Below, in pieces: positions 14,048-28,051 of a DNA stretch of 64,000 bases. How positions within the stretch are numbered: the stretch's first letter is position 1; each line of letters begins with the position of its first letter. Source of the stretch: Azolla caroliniana (lineage: Eukaryota; Plantae; Polypodiophyta); NCBI GenBank assembly GCA_043228905.1, contig JBHGNT010000013.1:15748001-15812000 (forward strand), given 5' to 3'. The position numbers were made by a program, and so were the translations under genes. Below the pieces are notes generated by a model, which was not told the origin of the DNA, made no database searches, and saw nothing but the letters and a program-made list of their open reading frames with translations.

Positions 14048-17000
14048 ATCGATTGTATCTATCATAAAAGTAGGTTTTAAAACTGTCAAGTAGGAGCATA
14101 GTCTTCATTGTGTCAAAAAGTTGGTCTTGTAAAATTGCCTACTAAAATCAAAATCCTATCAAGTGGAGGGGCTCCCATTTTTTAGGTGGGTAAAAGGAAG
14201 TAGCCCGCTTTTTATTGTTGAATAATATATGAGGCTCTCCTTCATTTCAAGGTGGGTCCTAACCCTTCTCATTTCTAAACTCCTTATGCTTGTTAAATTG
14301 CACGCCCCACTATGATAATGATCCTTTCCATTTTGCTAGCATTGCTCTAGTGAATGCAACGTTTACGTGGAATATTACACTCACCATGAGTTTCTCTTTC
14401 ACATTCCCTCTCTTCATTATTACATATATATCATTTCCTTATAAATGATAATGTCCTCTACTTAAGAGACATGTTCCCTAATTAATAATAGTCGTATCTT
14501 AGAATCTATTATGGATACAATTTTGCTAATGTGGTTGATGTATCACGTTTCTAGTTCAATTTAGAGTTGTACACAACATTATTGTCCTTGATATGAGGCA
14601 TTTCTTATTAAGTATTTGTGTATTCTTGATATGATGACTTTAATCTTCCTCGCAAGATTTTGGATGTTGTTAAGTGTGTGGGAATGAGAATACAACGAAG
14701 TCCATTCTGGATTGATGTAAATGGAGCCATCAACAATCAAGATGTCATCTTTAATCATTATTTCCAATGTGATGCACCTATTAGCCTCACGACACCATTA
14801 CTGTTTTCAACCCTTTTTCGATAATTATGTTCAAAATCAAGATTATACTATAGCACATATATAGATCAAGTATGGATTGATCAAACTCGTGGTTTGGGTT
14901 GTAACACATGTTTTGTACGAGGTCATATAGTCGTAATTTTGGATGCAACTTGGACTTACTTTTTCAATATTTAGGCTTTCGAAAATGCACTTGTAAACCC
15001 AAAAATTTTAGAGCAACTTGTTAGTGCCTCTACACCATTATGTTTGAGTATTATCAAAAGAAGAATGGTAGTACATCCTAAAGTAACAATCATGTCAGGT
15101 GTGGCTTGTTGTATATCCTAGGCATTTTAGAACTTGCCATGAATGTTTAGAGAGTTGTCACATTGAGATTATTACCGAATCCCAATTGAGATTTTATGTC
15201 CATAGGTTTATAAAATCCCAATTGAGATGAGTATAAAATGCATTATAAACCCCAATTAAGATACATATAGTCACGTAGAGCTATACTATATAATGTGCAA
15301 GGATGTTGTGGAATTATTGTGACCAATAACTTTTTGATGCACATAAGGATATTTTATTCTATCAAGAGAGACATTAGGTGCAATAGTAAGGCCAAGGAAC
15401 CATGATTGTCGATTCCTATTCCAAGTTAGCATTATTCCTTTTTGGTAAATTAAAGTTCGAGAAAAGTGGAAATTTTATTTCGGTGGATTACATCCACTCG
15501 AACCTAGAAAAGAAAGCATGGAAAACATAAGTCATAAGTGATTGTATTTATTGTTACCCATTGTTGTGACAATGGAAAGTGATGAAATAGGCCATGGCCC
15601 ATATTGAATTTTGGAATACTTGAGTAATGGGGCCACACATTGAGTTGTGTGTACATTATTTATCGTATCATACAAATTGTATTATAGGGAGAGATTAATG
15701 TTTACTAGAGGCCAAAACGAACCTATGAGACAAATCCTAATTACAAATATGGGTGAATTCATGTCATCCATATTATAAGCTCTGAGTGCATAACTAATAT
15801 GCATGAGAGTAGTGAGTAGTGATAACTAGACTTTGTATCCAAGGTTTGTTGGTGTGGTGAAATGGCGTTATGAAGAAGGTTAATAAGTGCATGTGGATGA
15901 CCTTGCATAGATTTGACCTGGTGAGCAATGATCTTGTTAAATGAATAACTTTAAGGACCAAGGGAGGATAGTTGGGGAAACTAGTTATCCTCGGACTTGT
16001 GGCACATGGGGATGCATGGCGGTCCTAGGAGCCTTAAGAGTTGGGATATATAAAGGGGACTAACTACCTGCATCATCTTGAGACTCTATTGGTAGACAAA
16101 CCTTCCTCTTTTCGGATCTATTCATATCAACATCCAAGTCATAACATAAGGTAACATTTAGTGGTATGAGACATCAATGGTATTTTAAGTGCATCTCTCG
16201 TTCTTCAATTGAGGGTGGCTCAGTTTGGTTAAGCACCCTTCAAACATTATTTTCTTAATCTAAATATTTATTTCTTATCATCAATATTGATCCATAGTAT
16301 ATGGCATCTCAATGACATCTCAAGATGTCATAATGAAGGGCATCTAGTGTCCTTTATATTGACTGTCTCAAGACCACCACATAATCCCATGTGTCATAGT
16401 CCTTATGGATTTTTCCGAAGTCCTAAGATAACTAATTTCCAACCCATTCTACCCTTAAACCATTAACATTAGCTTTAGATTTGATCTCTAATGTTATCTG
16501 TACAATAGAGTCTCACGATTTGGTGATTGTATGATGATATGTCTTGGCCATCTCTATGGAAAGTGGCTCCCTTGGTGTGACTTGAAACCTTTTATTTATG
16601 GAATTGCATGATATCTTTTCACAATGACTTTTCCATTTTATCATGAGGTGTACAATATCTGAAGGGTGGCAAGGTCTCAATATTGAGCCCGTAATTGTTG
16701 AGACGCTTTAAGAATATGATGGTCCTTTTTCATGTTTTTTTGTCCCCATTTTCTTTGATGTTCCAAAAGTCTTACATGTAATTATTTGAGGTGGCATGGC
16801 TGTAATCCAATTGATGAGGTTCATTGTCTAGAATAAGGCGTCCGCCGTCTACCATCATGGAAGTGATCCCAACTCAACATGGATTACCTTTTGTTATAAG
16901 CATAGCCCTGCTAAGCAATTTTAAAGGTAAAGGTAAGATAGTCAAAACCAATCCTCCTAGGATTGGGACACCCATATGAACCTATGACACGAGGGAACAT

Positions 17001-17902
17001 ACGGTGGTTTGGGATCCATAGGTGTTGAGTTATACAAAGGAGACTAGCTACCCCATCCATTATGGTATCCTTGGAAGTTGGTGGTGCATATTGCAAGGAT
17101 TTCAGTTCATGCGTAAACTCTGCACTTCATTAATATTTTTATCCTCAAAGTTTTCTATTCCAAAATGTTCCTTTTATGATGTATTGCGTACTTGCATATC
17201 TACCTTTCATACCCTCTTCATTTTCGTGTGCCAGCTCTAGTTCGCAACATTTCACTTCATTTCTCCAAGAAATTTACTCCAAATACCCTTATATTTTAAT
17301 TATATCAGATCTCATGTTAATGTTGAATTTCATATATTTTACCTCTCAAAATGAAACGAGTCTCCATTTGAAAATAGCTATCCTACTTCATAGATATTGG
17401 GTTGTAAATAACAAATACTTATGCCCACTAAACTCAGCTCTCAAAATCAATGATGACATTCACGAATAGAAAACAATATTATTGTTCATACACAATCTTT
17501 GGATGAACATCTATTTAAGCTAGTAGAGGCAATTTGCTGGATCGGATAAAGTATATAATAAATAATACACTGATGCTAAGCAGCAAATCAATGAACACAT
17601 AAGAAACTTCATCACTGTAGCACAGATTATAGAGCAATCTGTATATGATGTAAATTTTGGTCAAAAGACACAAAATTGAGAAAGTTGTGAATCAAGCCAC
17701 TAAACAATCTGGCAAATCCAGAAAAAACAAAAACAAAAACAAAGGTCACACAAGCTTCTTGCATGTAACCTTTGATGAAGGTGAGAATGTATATACAAGG
17801 CAATATAGTGAGGAAAATATGCATACAGCTAGCTGTATATCATAAAATACTATGTTAATCAGAATAGTAAAACTTTAAAAACAGCAGTTGAAAATAACAA
17901 TA

Positions 17903-20900
17903 TTATGCACTGACAACATCATCGTCTTCAAGTGTAGACCAATCGCTAGATTCACTTCTGGTGTGCTTTCGACCCTCTTGGGCAAAATGAGCATGAGAAG
18001 TCTGTGAAGAACCAGGATTATTGGGTTTAAGCTTTCCCATGCTATCGTCTGAAACATTATTATCTAGCTCAACCCAGCCCATTGACCTTTTGCTTTCCAT
18101 ACTTTTTGTGGTGGAATCATCATCATCATCATTGTCTTCCAGATCACTGAAAGATACATCGTCTTCATTCACTAGTCCAGCAACACCTAGGTGGATATGA
18201 GGTGAGGGTTGCTCATCAAGCCATCTATCTGCATCTGCTTCTTCATCTACATAAGGTGGTGGGGCTAGTTTTACAGTGTTTGCTAAAACAGCCTTATTTT
18301 GGACCTCTTCTCCAGAATCACTTACTAAACCAGAAGTTTCAGACTTATCTTTATTAGGTCTAATTTCCTCAACAAATTCCTTTGCAGGAACTTCTGTGGC
18401 AGATTGTAAAGAAACAATTTTGAAGGAACTAGCAGCCCCAGAAGATTCATTGTTCTCGTCCATTTCATGTCCAAGTTTAGTGCCTGATGATTCTTCTTTC
18501 TGCAATTTGTGAAGAAGCGCAGCCCGCGCTTCCATAATCTGCAATTAAGATTCAGTTAGGGAAAACGGAAGGAAATGAAGATTGCAAGAAAGCATATAGC
18601 TTTATAAGACCAGGATATTCAGGGCTTATTGATTTAATGTGTAAATGCAACTAAATGAGAGATATGAAAAACATGGATCATAAAAGACAGTGCAAATCTC
18701 ACTACCATAAAAGTTTGTCTGAACAAGCATAGATTTTACCTGAGGGGTCGACAGAAGTTCAGCATCGGTCTTATTCAGGCGAGAATGTAACAACACAAAA
18801 TAGATTTTCCAAAACCGACCTTCGCTCATGTAATCTGGACATAACTCAATCCTTAATGCAGCGAGCCTTGGGGATGCAGACTCAACCTGAGAGACATGCT
18901 CTTTCTGGGTATTGGACATCTCAAATTCTGCGAACGCATTATCAAAGGCATAACACAGTTATTAACACAAAACTCGCAGCCAAAAGACTCACATATAAAT
19001 GCATAAAATGCAACAAATACCAGATCATTTATATCTGAACCTTTTACTAGCATATTGTATTTTGAATTGGCAAAGTTTCTATGCATCCAAATTTGCACTA
19101 TATCTAGGTCATGGGCGTGAGCATTGTGATCAGCATGGATGTGTGAATACAAATGTGTTGCAATATCATATCTTCAATCCCCACCTAGGCCAGACTGAGT
19201 TGCAGGATTGACAAAATAAAGTGGAGATCGCAAGAATTTCTATGTACCAACACAGGCATTCCTAATTTGTCCTCATGAGATCAAATGGCAGAGAATATGG
19301 ATTATAGATAAAGGTAAGGAGCCAAAAGTATCAATAGGTTCTTTCAGTAAAGATCACATTAAAGCTACTCAGGCAAGTATGTACAATGGATAACAAAAAC
19401 AAATTGTAGGATGATGGTTTAAAGGTTGAGTGTTCAAACCACCCCTCGGTAATGACAGAAAAACGAAATTATTTGAAATTGAACATAGCGATCTGAAAGG
19501 CCAGAATATTAAAGCAAACCTCCAAGGAGCTCAAACGCTCCTATTCATGAACAAATTACAGAACATATTGGTTCCAAACTGGTGCCCTTTCAGTGTTCTT
19601 TAAATACTAACAGAAGATACTAGAATTTGCTACTGTTCTAATTGTTCAGCCTTGTTATTAGCTATTTTCCTTCCCACAAAAGCTAAAGCCAATTTCTCTC
19701 AACCAAGATGGGAGCATCAGGTGTGCCCAGTCGGGTTGGTTTTTCACTTGCGAATCGCAACGCGACTACACGCTTGGATTTCGTTACTACATCAGGGGTT
19801 ACACCACACACTGCTTGCCGTAGAACAGACAATGGGTTCATATTCCTCTTTTATCTAATCTGTGAACTGCCATAAAACTTACAAATCCTTTTGGACTTAC
19901 AAGTGTTGTCATTGCACAACTACCAAAACACTGTTAAAAACATTCCATCTATATATCTGCCATTGCATCTTGATTATTTGGCAATTCACGCACATCCGTG
20001 TGACAAAATGCGGATATATTTTTCAACTGTTCATGCCCTTCTCATTTGCAGAGGGCCTTGTATGACATAATCGAAGAGATCAGGTGATGCCCATGCAGCA
20101 AAATCGGACGGAATATCATCATGCGATGTAAGTACATTGAGTAGAGGTAATCACGATACTTGGCAAAAATTTATCATGCAATCTACTGAAAATGGATCTA
20201 GAGTCAAGTATCAATATATGTTTACACCAATGTTACTTGGAAGATGTTTAGGAAGAGGCCCACATGGGATTCCTAAGACACAGATATGGGCCAAAATTCC
20301 TGAAACATTTGACCTCTCTAATACTGTCAGCACAACATTTGAGGTAACAAATGCCAATAAGACATTTAATAATATTCTACTGTTTTTTTACCATTTAATA
20401 TGTTTATGTTTTTTGCCAGTCGACTCTTACGTCTCTAATTGAGACAATTACAACTTTAAATTTCTAATTCTTCACTGCTAAATTATTCATCTGCTCTATG
20501 TTATTTATGAGTATTCTTAATTATGTGCTTAATGCTAGTTTCATTTTATTAGGAGCCTATACATTGACCAAGAATATATAGGCAATTTAAAAATGAATAA
20601 GAATGCTTTTCAGAATTCTAATGTGTAAAAGCATATTTTAGTGATTTTCACTTCGTCTTATTTCCTTCAAGGGCATTAACCTCAAGCCTCACTCTAATAA
20701 CTATCACCGCACCCCAGACCACCCCACAATAGTCCACATCCCCACCTCACCATCTGTGAACAAGATCCCATGTTACTATGCCTCTCAAAACCAGCAAGTC
20801 CCCTGCTTAATAATAAGCAGCAGTAAAATAATGTTATCTGTTTGTACGGTTAATATTTATAAAAAATATATTTAAATGCTTGCTTATGTATGTGTGTATG

Positions 20901-23900
20901 TTATTTGCATGCCAACATGCCATTTCCATAATTATGATTTACATTATCTTGCTGATGGTGGATAGCAGAAACTCAAGCTCAAGATCTGAAGATTCAGGGA
21001 AATGTTACTGTCAATAGAAACAGCACAATGGAAGCATTATGAGAACACCATCTAGTACAAAAAGCTATTGGAATACTAATGGTTTACATGCCATTTCCAT
21101 AATTATGATTTATATTATCCTAGTGATGGTGAATATCAGAAGCTCAAGCTCAAGATCTGAAGATTCAGAGAAATGTAACTGTCGATAGAAACCCCCCAAT
21201 GGAAGCACTATGAGAAAAGTGTTGAGTACAAAACCTATTGGAATACTAAGAGCAAAAACAGAGAAAAAAAACTAACATATTTTGCTAATGGTTATAGAAA
21301 AGAAAATGTTTAAGAGATCGATCTACCCTAAAGAACTACGCAATGTGATACGGAATTGAAGTTAAAGGAGAGGAGTCAAGGGTTAGCCATTCATGGCTAA
21401 AGGTAAGACACACTTGATGACGATGACTACATAAGGCTGCCTCTACATGGGCATTGGTATTGTTCTTGATTAAATCAATGCAAATAGTGTCATATTTGGC
21501 GCCTCTACCTTAAAATAGCCAGTTATATGATTTACAATGGATCAAATCCTCTAGGGGAATCAATGCATTTAATTGTCCTTCCTCCCTTACTTCTATAGTT
21601 TTTCGAATTGGGGTGGGGGTGTCACTATTGTTTTCTTGAGATTCTTTTAAATTTTGGGGACATATTGTTTCCAACTCCAGATAGCATAACTAGCAATGGG
21701 CCCGGTTTCAGCTCAAACCGAACCGAACCATTAAGCCATGGTTTATCGGTTCCAAAATAATTTAATGGTTTGGTTTGGATTATAAATAAACGGTTCAGTT
21801 TTAGTTCAGTTTGGTTCTAAAACTCAAGTTTATTGGTTTATAGGTTTGGTTTAAAGGTTTTTGGTGAACGTTTTTTCCCCCCTTAATGAATTTAACTTAA
21901 ATGCTTATTTAATTTTTTGGTTTAATAAATGTTTTCTTATTGATTTAATAAATTTAACGTAAATGTTTATTTAATTTAATGTATTTTTGTTTATTTAGTT
22001 TTTTCATTAGTTTGACTTAAGTGGTTAGGTTTAAATTTTTTATTCAATGGTTCAGTTTGGTTTCAACTTTTCCATAAACGATTTTGGTTTAAATGGTTTG
22101 GTTTACCTTTTCTTAAACGGTTTGGTTTAAATCACTTGAGAGTTCCTAAACGGTTTGTTTTGGTTTTTGTTTTATATAAATGGCTCGGTTTGGTTTGGAT
22201 TGATTTGGTTTCAAGGCAAAGAAAGCGAACCAAACCGGGCCCATTGCTAAGCATAACCCACTCGGGCATATTCTTGATTGAAATATAGTTCATTTCTTTG
22301 CTAGTTCCTTGATCAAGTATATATGTACATAACATCGAGTAACTATTTTGTCACAAAATTTGAATGGTAGCTTGGCACAATTAATCATAGTTTGAACCCT
22401 ATCACACAATATCATAGTTCACACCCTATAGAATGTCAATGTTCACACCCTACCAAGCAAGATAACAACTTTCTGTTGAAGAAAGAAAGAAACAATACAT
22501 ATCTTTTTTTTCTTTGACAAAATATTTTCTATGAATTGAGCCAGACTGATTGCAGTGAGTCACACAACAACCCTATCAAAATATTTCAGAATATAATTCG
22601 CATAGTTTAGCTACCTTCCTAACTCCTCTGAAGTCTTCGTCTGAGAATTCCCGACTAAAGCATCGGTAATCCAATAAACCTTCTTTTTTTAAAACCTCAT
22701 ACAATGAGCAATGATGGTAACTGAAGGTGCAGAAAAATGGAGTAACAAAGAATGTGCTTGACAGTTCATGGTACTTGATGCAATGAGATGAGCTGCATTA
22801 TAGACGATCTCTATAGCAATGATACACTGAAGATACCCTATATATACAACAATTTGATGTGCATTATGAAGGCCGGATGGATATGAAAATTATTCATTTA
22901 CAATTTTGATGTGCATTATGAAGGTCGGATGTATATGAACACGCCTCAAGAACTTACAAATAGCACTGATAAAGTGGCACATTTGAACAAGATCTTATCT
23001 AAGCAAGTGAAGGGAGACCCTAACCCTGGAACATAATGTGGGGCTACCTTTACACTTGCAGAGCTAGTACTACCTTGTGCATTTATATAGGTCTTTAGGG
23101 CAAAAGATTTCCTTTGACACCATTCCCATTCACACCCCCTTATATCAGCGATTGTTCACATATAGCACTAATTTTCTCGACAGTAAACCTGTTTTAGACA
23201 TTATCTTTCTGAGCCATGTGGAAAATCTGAATAATCTAAAAGAGACCAATTTAAGTGACTACTTTGTAACCCCAAGACCTAAAAAGTCCGTGGACACAAA
23301 TTCAATTTTTTTAAAGACTCGCTCAAGGTCAAACAGTAGTAAAAAACTTCTATGCAAAAAACAGTTATTTTTATCACTAAGACTGGTAAAGTTCATAGAA
23401 ACATACCATCTTCATCATCTTCTTCAGTAAAGAGGGGGAAATCCAACCAAGTTTCAGGATGCATAGAAATATTTCTTGCAAATGTTAGCACCTCATCTGT
23501 AACTCCAACAGGTTGGAGAAGGTTTTCCTTCCTATGTATATCCTTCTCATCATCAGAATCCAAACTGATTGGAAAAAGATTCGATGCAAACTTGGAGATG
23601 CCACTTATTCCAGATTCCAGTGAAGGATGAGAAACTGCATGGCCATTGAGATCTGAAGAATCACCAATATCATCATCTTCTTCTTCTTCTTCTTCCTCCA
23701 CTACATCTGAACCTGAATCGACCATCTTCCTACTCCAACCTTCCATTTTGTCATCCTGAAGAATACTGCTCAGCAATGGCCGAAAAAGGGTATTAAATCC
23801 TGGGAGCTTTATCAAAGAACTCTCTGAATTAACATTATTCTCATCACTGTAGTCGTTGTCATCATCACCTCCATCAATTTCATCCAGATGTTTGGCAAGG

Positions 23901-24424
23901 TCGTCATCTCTCTCAATTTCATCCCTAACCACTTTCAAGATCCTTGAAAAACTAGTAGCAACGCTACCTTTGAGTTCAGCGAGATCCTTGCCTATGCCTG
24001 TGAAGACATCTTCAGAGCTTTGATGAGGTAAAAGCTTCACCTTTTCTGTCTCCGAACCCTCAGCCTCATTGAGGCTTTCTTGAAACGAACCTTTAAAATC
24101 AACATCGACAAGCTCGTGGGAGAAGGATTGTTCACCTGAAGAAGCGATCTGTGAAGGATGAGATTGCAGGCGTCCATCTGATGAAGGCGATTCCAAATCT
24201 TCCTGGGTGTCTATTTCCGTGTTTTGTACTTTGTTGCTTTCTTCATGTATGTTCTCAGGGGGGGGTGCGAGGAAGGAGGCGACGCCCCATAGCTGGCGAG
24301 TGAAGGATTTCGTGAGGAGCGAGAGATCTTCCTTCACGCCTTTGCCATGGTTCTGCTCCTCCTCGTCGCCGCTTTCCTCTTCTGTGCCGTGATCCTGCGA
24401 GAATCGGTTCGAGAACCAAGACAT
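17903..24424 (-). CDS. BSD domain-containing protein, 3 coding exons: 24424-23407, 18927-18740, 18538-17903
   Basis: Plant BSD-family motifs GVKEDLSLLTKSFTRQLWGVASFLAPPP, VGVTDEVLTFARNISMHPETWLDFPL, PRLAALRIELCPDYMSEGRFWKIYFVLLHSRL and EDDVSFSDLED. Junctions are in frame; intron 1 is 4.5 kb. Confidence 0.92.
20915..21249. repeat. Two-copy tandem duplication, period 171 bp, in BSD intron 1
   Basis: ACATGCCATTTCCATAATTATGATTT...CTCAAGCTCAAGATCTGAAGATTCAG...CTATTGGAATACTAA begins at both 20915 and 21086. Confidence 0.85.
21691..22249. mobile_element. Non-autonomous hAT-type MITE (559 bp) in BSD intron 1
   Basis: Perfect 18-bp TIR TAGCAATGGGCCCGGTTT / AAACCGGGCCCATTGCTA, perfect 8-bp TSD AGCATAAC (21683-21690 and 22250-22257), and many subterminal AAACC/GGTTT repeats. 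Confidence 0.93.
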
Positions 24425-25640
24425 GGATACGCTGAGAAACGACAAATGAAGAAGAAGGAGACGGAGAAGAAGAAGAAGAAGAAGAAGACGAAGGAGAAAG
24501 AGAAGGAAGAGAAAGATAGAGGAGATGATGATGAAAATTCTTTCGTTTTTTTTATTTCTTAATTCATTACTTTTTTACCTTTTACTTTCTTTTCTATTTT
24601 CCATTTTTTCTCTATTCTTATTTTTTGGCCTTTCCTTTTGTCGATCGATTAATGTTGTTCCACCTCCCCTGCTATTATTCTCATTCATTTTTACTATAAG
24701 AGTTTTAACGGAATCCAGATAAACAAAAGAGGTGCTACTAGATCTAAAGTGTAGCCCAAACTCGGTTTTCCATTCTTTCTGACTCTCCGGAGTAGTCGGG
24801 TCGAACACACGAGGAATTTGTAACCAAATCGGAAACACGAGAATGAGTCCATGGATTAAGGGTGCTTAACCATACTCGCTAGAACCCTCGTGTGAAGGAC
24901 ACGAGACCAAATGAAATATTAGTGATGCCCCATACCAATGTTGTTATCTTGGTAGTTGGATAACAGATTTGAAGCAAGAGAGCTTAGGCACACAAATGGA
25001 GTCTTGACAACACCACCTAAAGCTCCTAGATGACCACGTGTTCCCATATGTCATAGGTCCATATGGGTTTGCCTCGGATCCTGGGATAACTAGTTTCCCA
25101 ATTATCCTACCCATATCCGATTAAACTTATATTTAGCATCGGTCCTTAAGGTTATGCGTATAATATTCTCCAAGAAACATAAGAAGAGTTTCTCGTTCAC
25201 ATTAATAATTTGTATTAGCTAATAATCTATAAATTCCAATCAATGTACTAAACAACAAGATCCATACGCATATTGACACATCTCAACCACCAAGTTAAGC
25301 ACTTTATATTAAAGGAAAGGGGTCACGTGGGCTTCGATGGGAAACTCATTGTCTCACAACGCAACCCTTCAATAAGTTTCTATTTCTTCCTTTCGACACT
25401 AATACATCTTCTATGTTTCCCATCCAAAAAAACATAAACATGCATTTTGGCAAACATTTTAGTGCATTCACATAGTTTGACTTTATTTTTTCTTAGATCA
25501 AAGCTTTCACTGCACGTATAGACCCAAGAGTTTCCATCCTCGAAAAAATGACATATAACCCCTTAATTATGCACACGTTAGCTTTAAGTTGGATATCAAT
25601 ACTTGAGAATAAATATATAGTTTCGGGAAATTTATTGATC

Positions 25641-26145
25641 TTTTTTTTTTTTTTTTTCCAAAAAAACACTACTTCGCATTAGTTAACAAACAAAATTACA
25701 TCATAGAACACCCAAAGTTCTTCTCACCAGCCCTCACTTTGGCCTTCCCACCAAAGTGGACATAGTCCCCACCTCATTTTCAACAAACGTATCCAGACAA
25801 CTCCAATAACCTAATAATTTGTACCATATCTATACAGATTTACAACACCTAGACGCTGTTGGAAACCGGAAACAGCCATCGGGGTGCTTGGTAGTTCCAT
25901 TGAGGCCCTGATGAGGATCTGCCCACCATAGGAGAATTACCCCATTTCAGCAAGAACTTTGATCGAGATCTTTCAGCTGCATCAGATTCCCCCTTGATTG
26001 AGTCGTATCGTCCCCGCAGCCAAGATACCAACTCAAACCAGATATTTAATAATACCTCACCGCTAGGGATCTTTTGTTGTTGAAAAACAAATTTACAACG
26101 GTTGGTCCAAATGTGCCAGACCGATAAACAAGACACCATCATCAT
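25641..26145 (-). mobile_element. 5'-truncated L1-type LINE 3' end (ORF2 C-terminus, 3' UTR, poly(A))
   Basis: ORF 25849-26145 has VWHIWTNRCKFVF, resembling the WxIWxxRNxxxF motif of plant L1 ORF2 C-termini. T17 at 25641-25657 reads as poly(A) on the minus strand. No TSD found. Confidence 0.65.
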
Positions 26146-26990
26146 AATGCAATGCTAATGGAGTAGTTGTATTTCTACCATGAAATGGAATATCTATGTA
26201 CACACGATTATTTGTTCCCCTATGACAAATTCAATGTAATGTTGGATACACATAAGATCGATTGAGTGCGATGGGAGCTAAAACATTGTAATTTAGGTTT
26301 TGAATCGAGTCTTACTAGCATGGACAACATGGCTATAATTTAAAAAAGTCATGATACTTTTTTGCATTACACAATATTAGATTATTATTATTTATATCAA
26401 ATCTATAATTTGGCAATACATGGACTACAAATGTTTTTGTAGGTACAAGATTTTGGCGATAATTGGCGATAATGAGATGGTTGATGTGGACTTGAGGAAG
26501 TTGATTTCGTGTTTTTTTTATCAAGACGAGTGATGATGGTGTGGGGGTTGAAGCATATTATCATGAGGAGGTGAGGAAAAGTTTTTTTAGACTCATTTGT
26601 TGTTGTTAGTACAGGATTTTGGTGGTAATCGGCGAGATGGTCAATGTGGATTGAATGAAGCAGATTTTATGTTTCTCATAAGGATGAGTGATGATGGTGT
26701 CGGGGATTGAAGCATATTTCCACAAGGAGAGGTAGATTTTTTTGGTGATAATCGAAGAGAGTATTTTCCTGATGATCATGGAGATGAAGATGATTGGTTT
26801 TGACATGGGAGACGATAGTTGTGCGGCTCATCACGTTTTATTACAAGGTGGAGAATAGGTTAAAGGAAAACAAAGGAAATTTGTTCTCATTAGGGAACCA
26901 GAGGACATGCTCACATTCAAACGGAGTATAAACTACTATGTTCATTACATGAATTTGGAGGTAATGACGAGATGGTTGATGTGGAAAGAT

Positions 26991-27400
26991 GAAGCATACT
27001 TCTTGAGTTTTTGATAAGGGTGAATGTTGCCTGCTCAAATATGGGTAATTGGGACAAAGGTCAAGGAGATTGCTAAAGATGGGTACGAAAGAGATCGATC
27101 TCTTGGTAAGGCTTTGATAGACACATACACAAAATGTGCCTCGCTTATGCTATCACGACTTGTATTGAGGATCTACAAAGTCAAGATGGGATATTTATGT
27201 ATGTGTCCTTCAAAATTTAGATGTAGTGGCATGCAATATACTTATAATAGGGTATGTGGAACATGGACCTACTTTGTGGATATCTTGAGTATGGTATGTT
27301 GGTATGGTTATGTTGAAGATCTTTAGTACATGTTGAACCAGATGCAAACAGAGGGTTGGTATTGTTTTGTATGTTGTAGGTAATGTGCATTTTTTAAAAC
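26991..27400 (+). pseudogene. Decayed PLS-class pentatricopeptide repeat (PPR) gene fragment
   Basis: EIAKDGYERDRSLGKALIDTYTKCASL (cf. GNALVDMYAKCGSL), DVVACNILIIGYVEHG (cf. DVVSWNALIAGYAEHG) and LNQMQTEG, broken by stops and frameshifts. Confidence 0.7.
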
Positions 27401-28051
27401 TAATGGAAGTATATTTTGTTTTGAAAAAAAATAAAATTGTAAGCTCCTGGGCAGGCAAGTTCAAGTTGTAGCCTTTGGGTGTTTTTCCTTAATATTACTA
27501 AAGAAAATCTTTGAAGAAAAAAAAATACATGGACTACAAACAAAAGGACAACCAATGACAAGCTTGTTCTCGTGATGGAAGATAGACCTTTGATATAGAA
27601 ATCAAATGTAAAAGATAGAACTTGCAAATTTGAGGACGAGATAAATGAGAAATAAGTTTGTTGTTCACTATAAAAGTCACATGAATATATCATCCGAAGG
27701 GGTTATTACTCAAGACTAGCCAATAGTACCTTTCATTGGTTTCTATTAACGCTCTAATTACCACATAAATCATCGAATGGTCTATCTGCCCTCAAAATCA
27801 TTGGAGTTTTAGCCACCACTAGCTAGTCATTCTCTTATCTTCCATCATCATTTTATTCATTGTCAATGCATCGAAATTGACGTGTGTTGAGTTGATAACA
27901 CTATGCTTGTTGCTTATTTCTTGTTATTTAGAGTTCTCCTTGTTGGTCGATACTTGCGAGATGCTCAACCCATCATGGGCTCAGTAGATCCATCGTTCAC
28001 CATACTTATATTCTTGAATAACATCTCAATGGAGACGTGATGGATGAAGCT

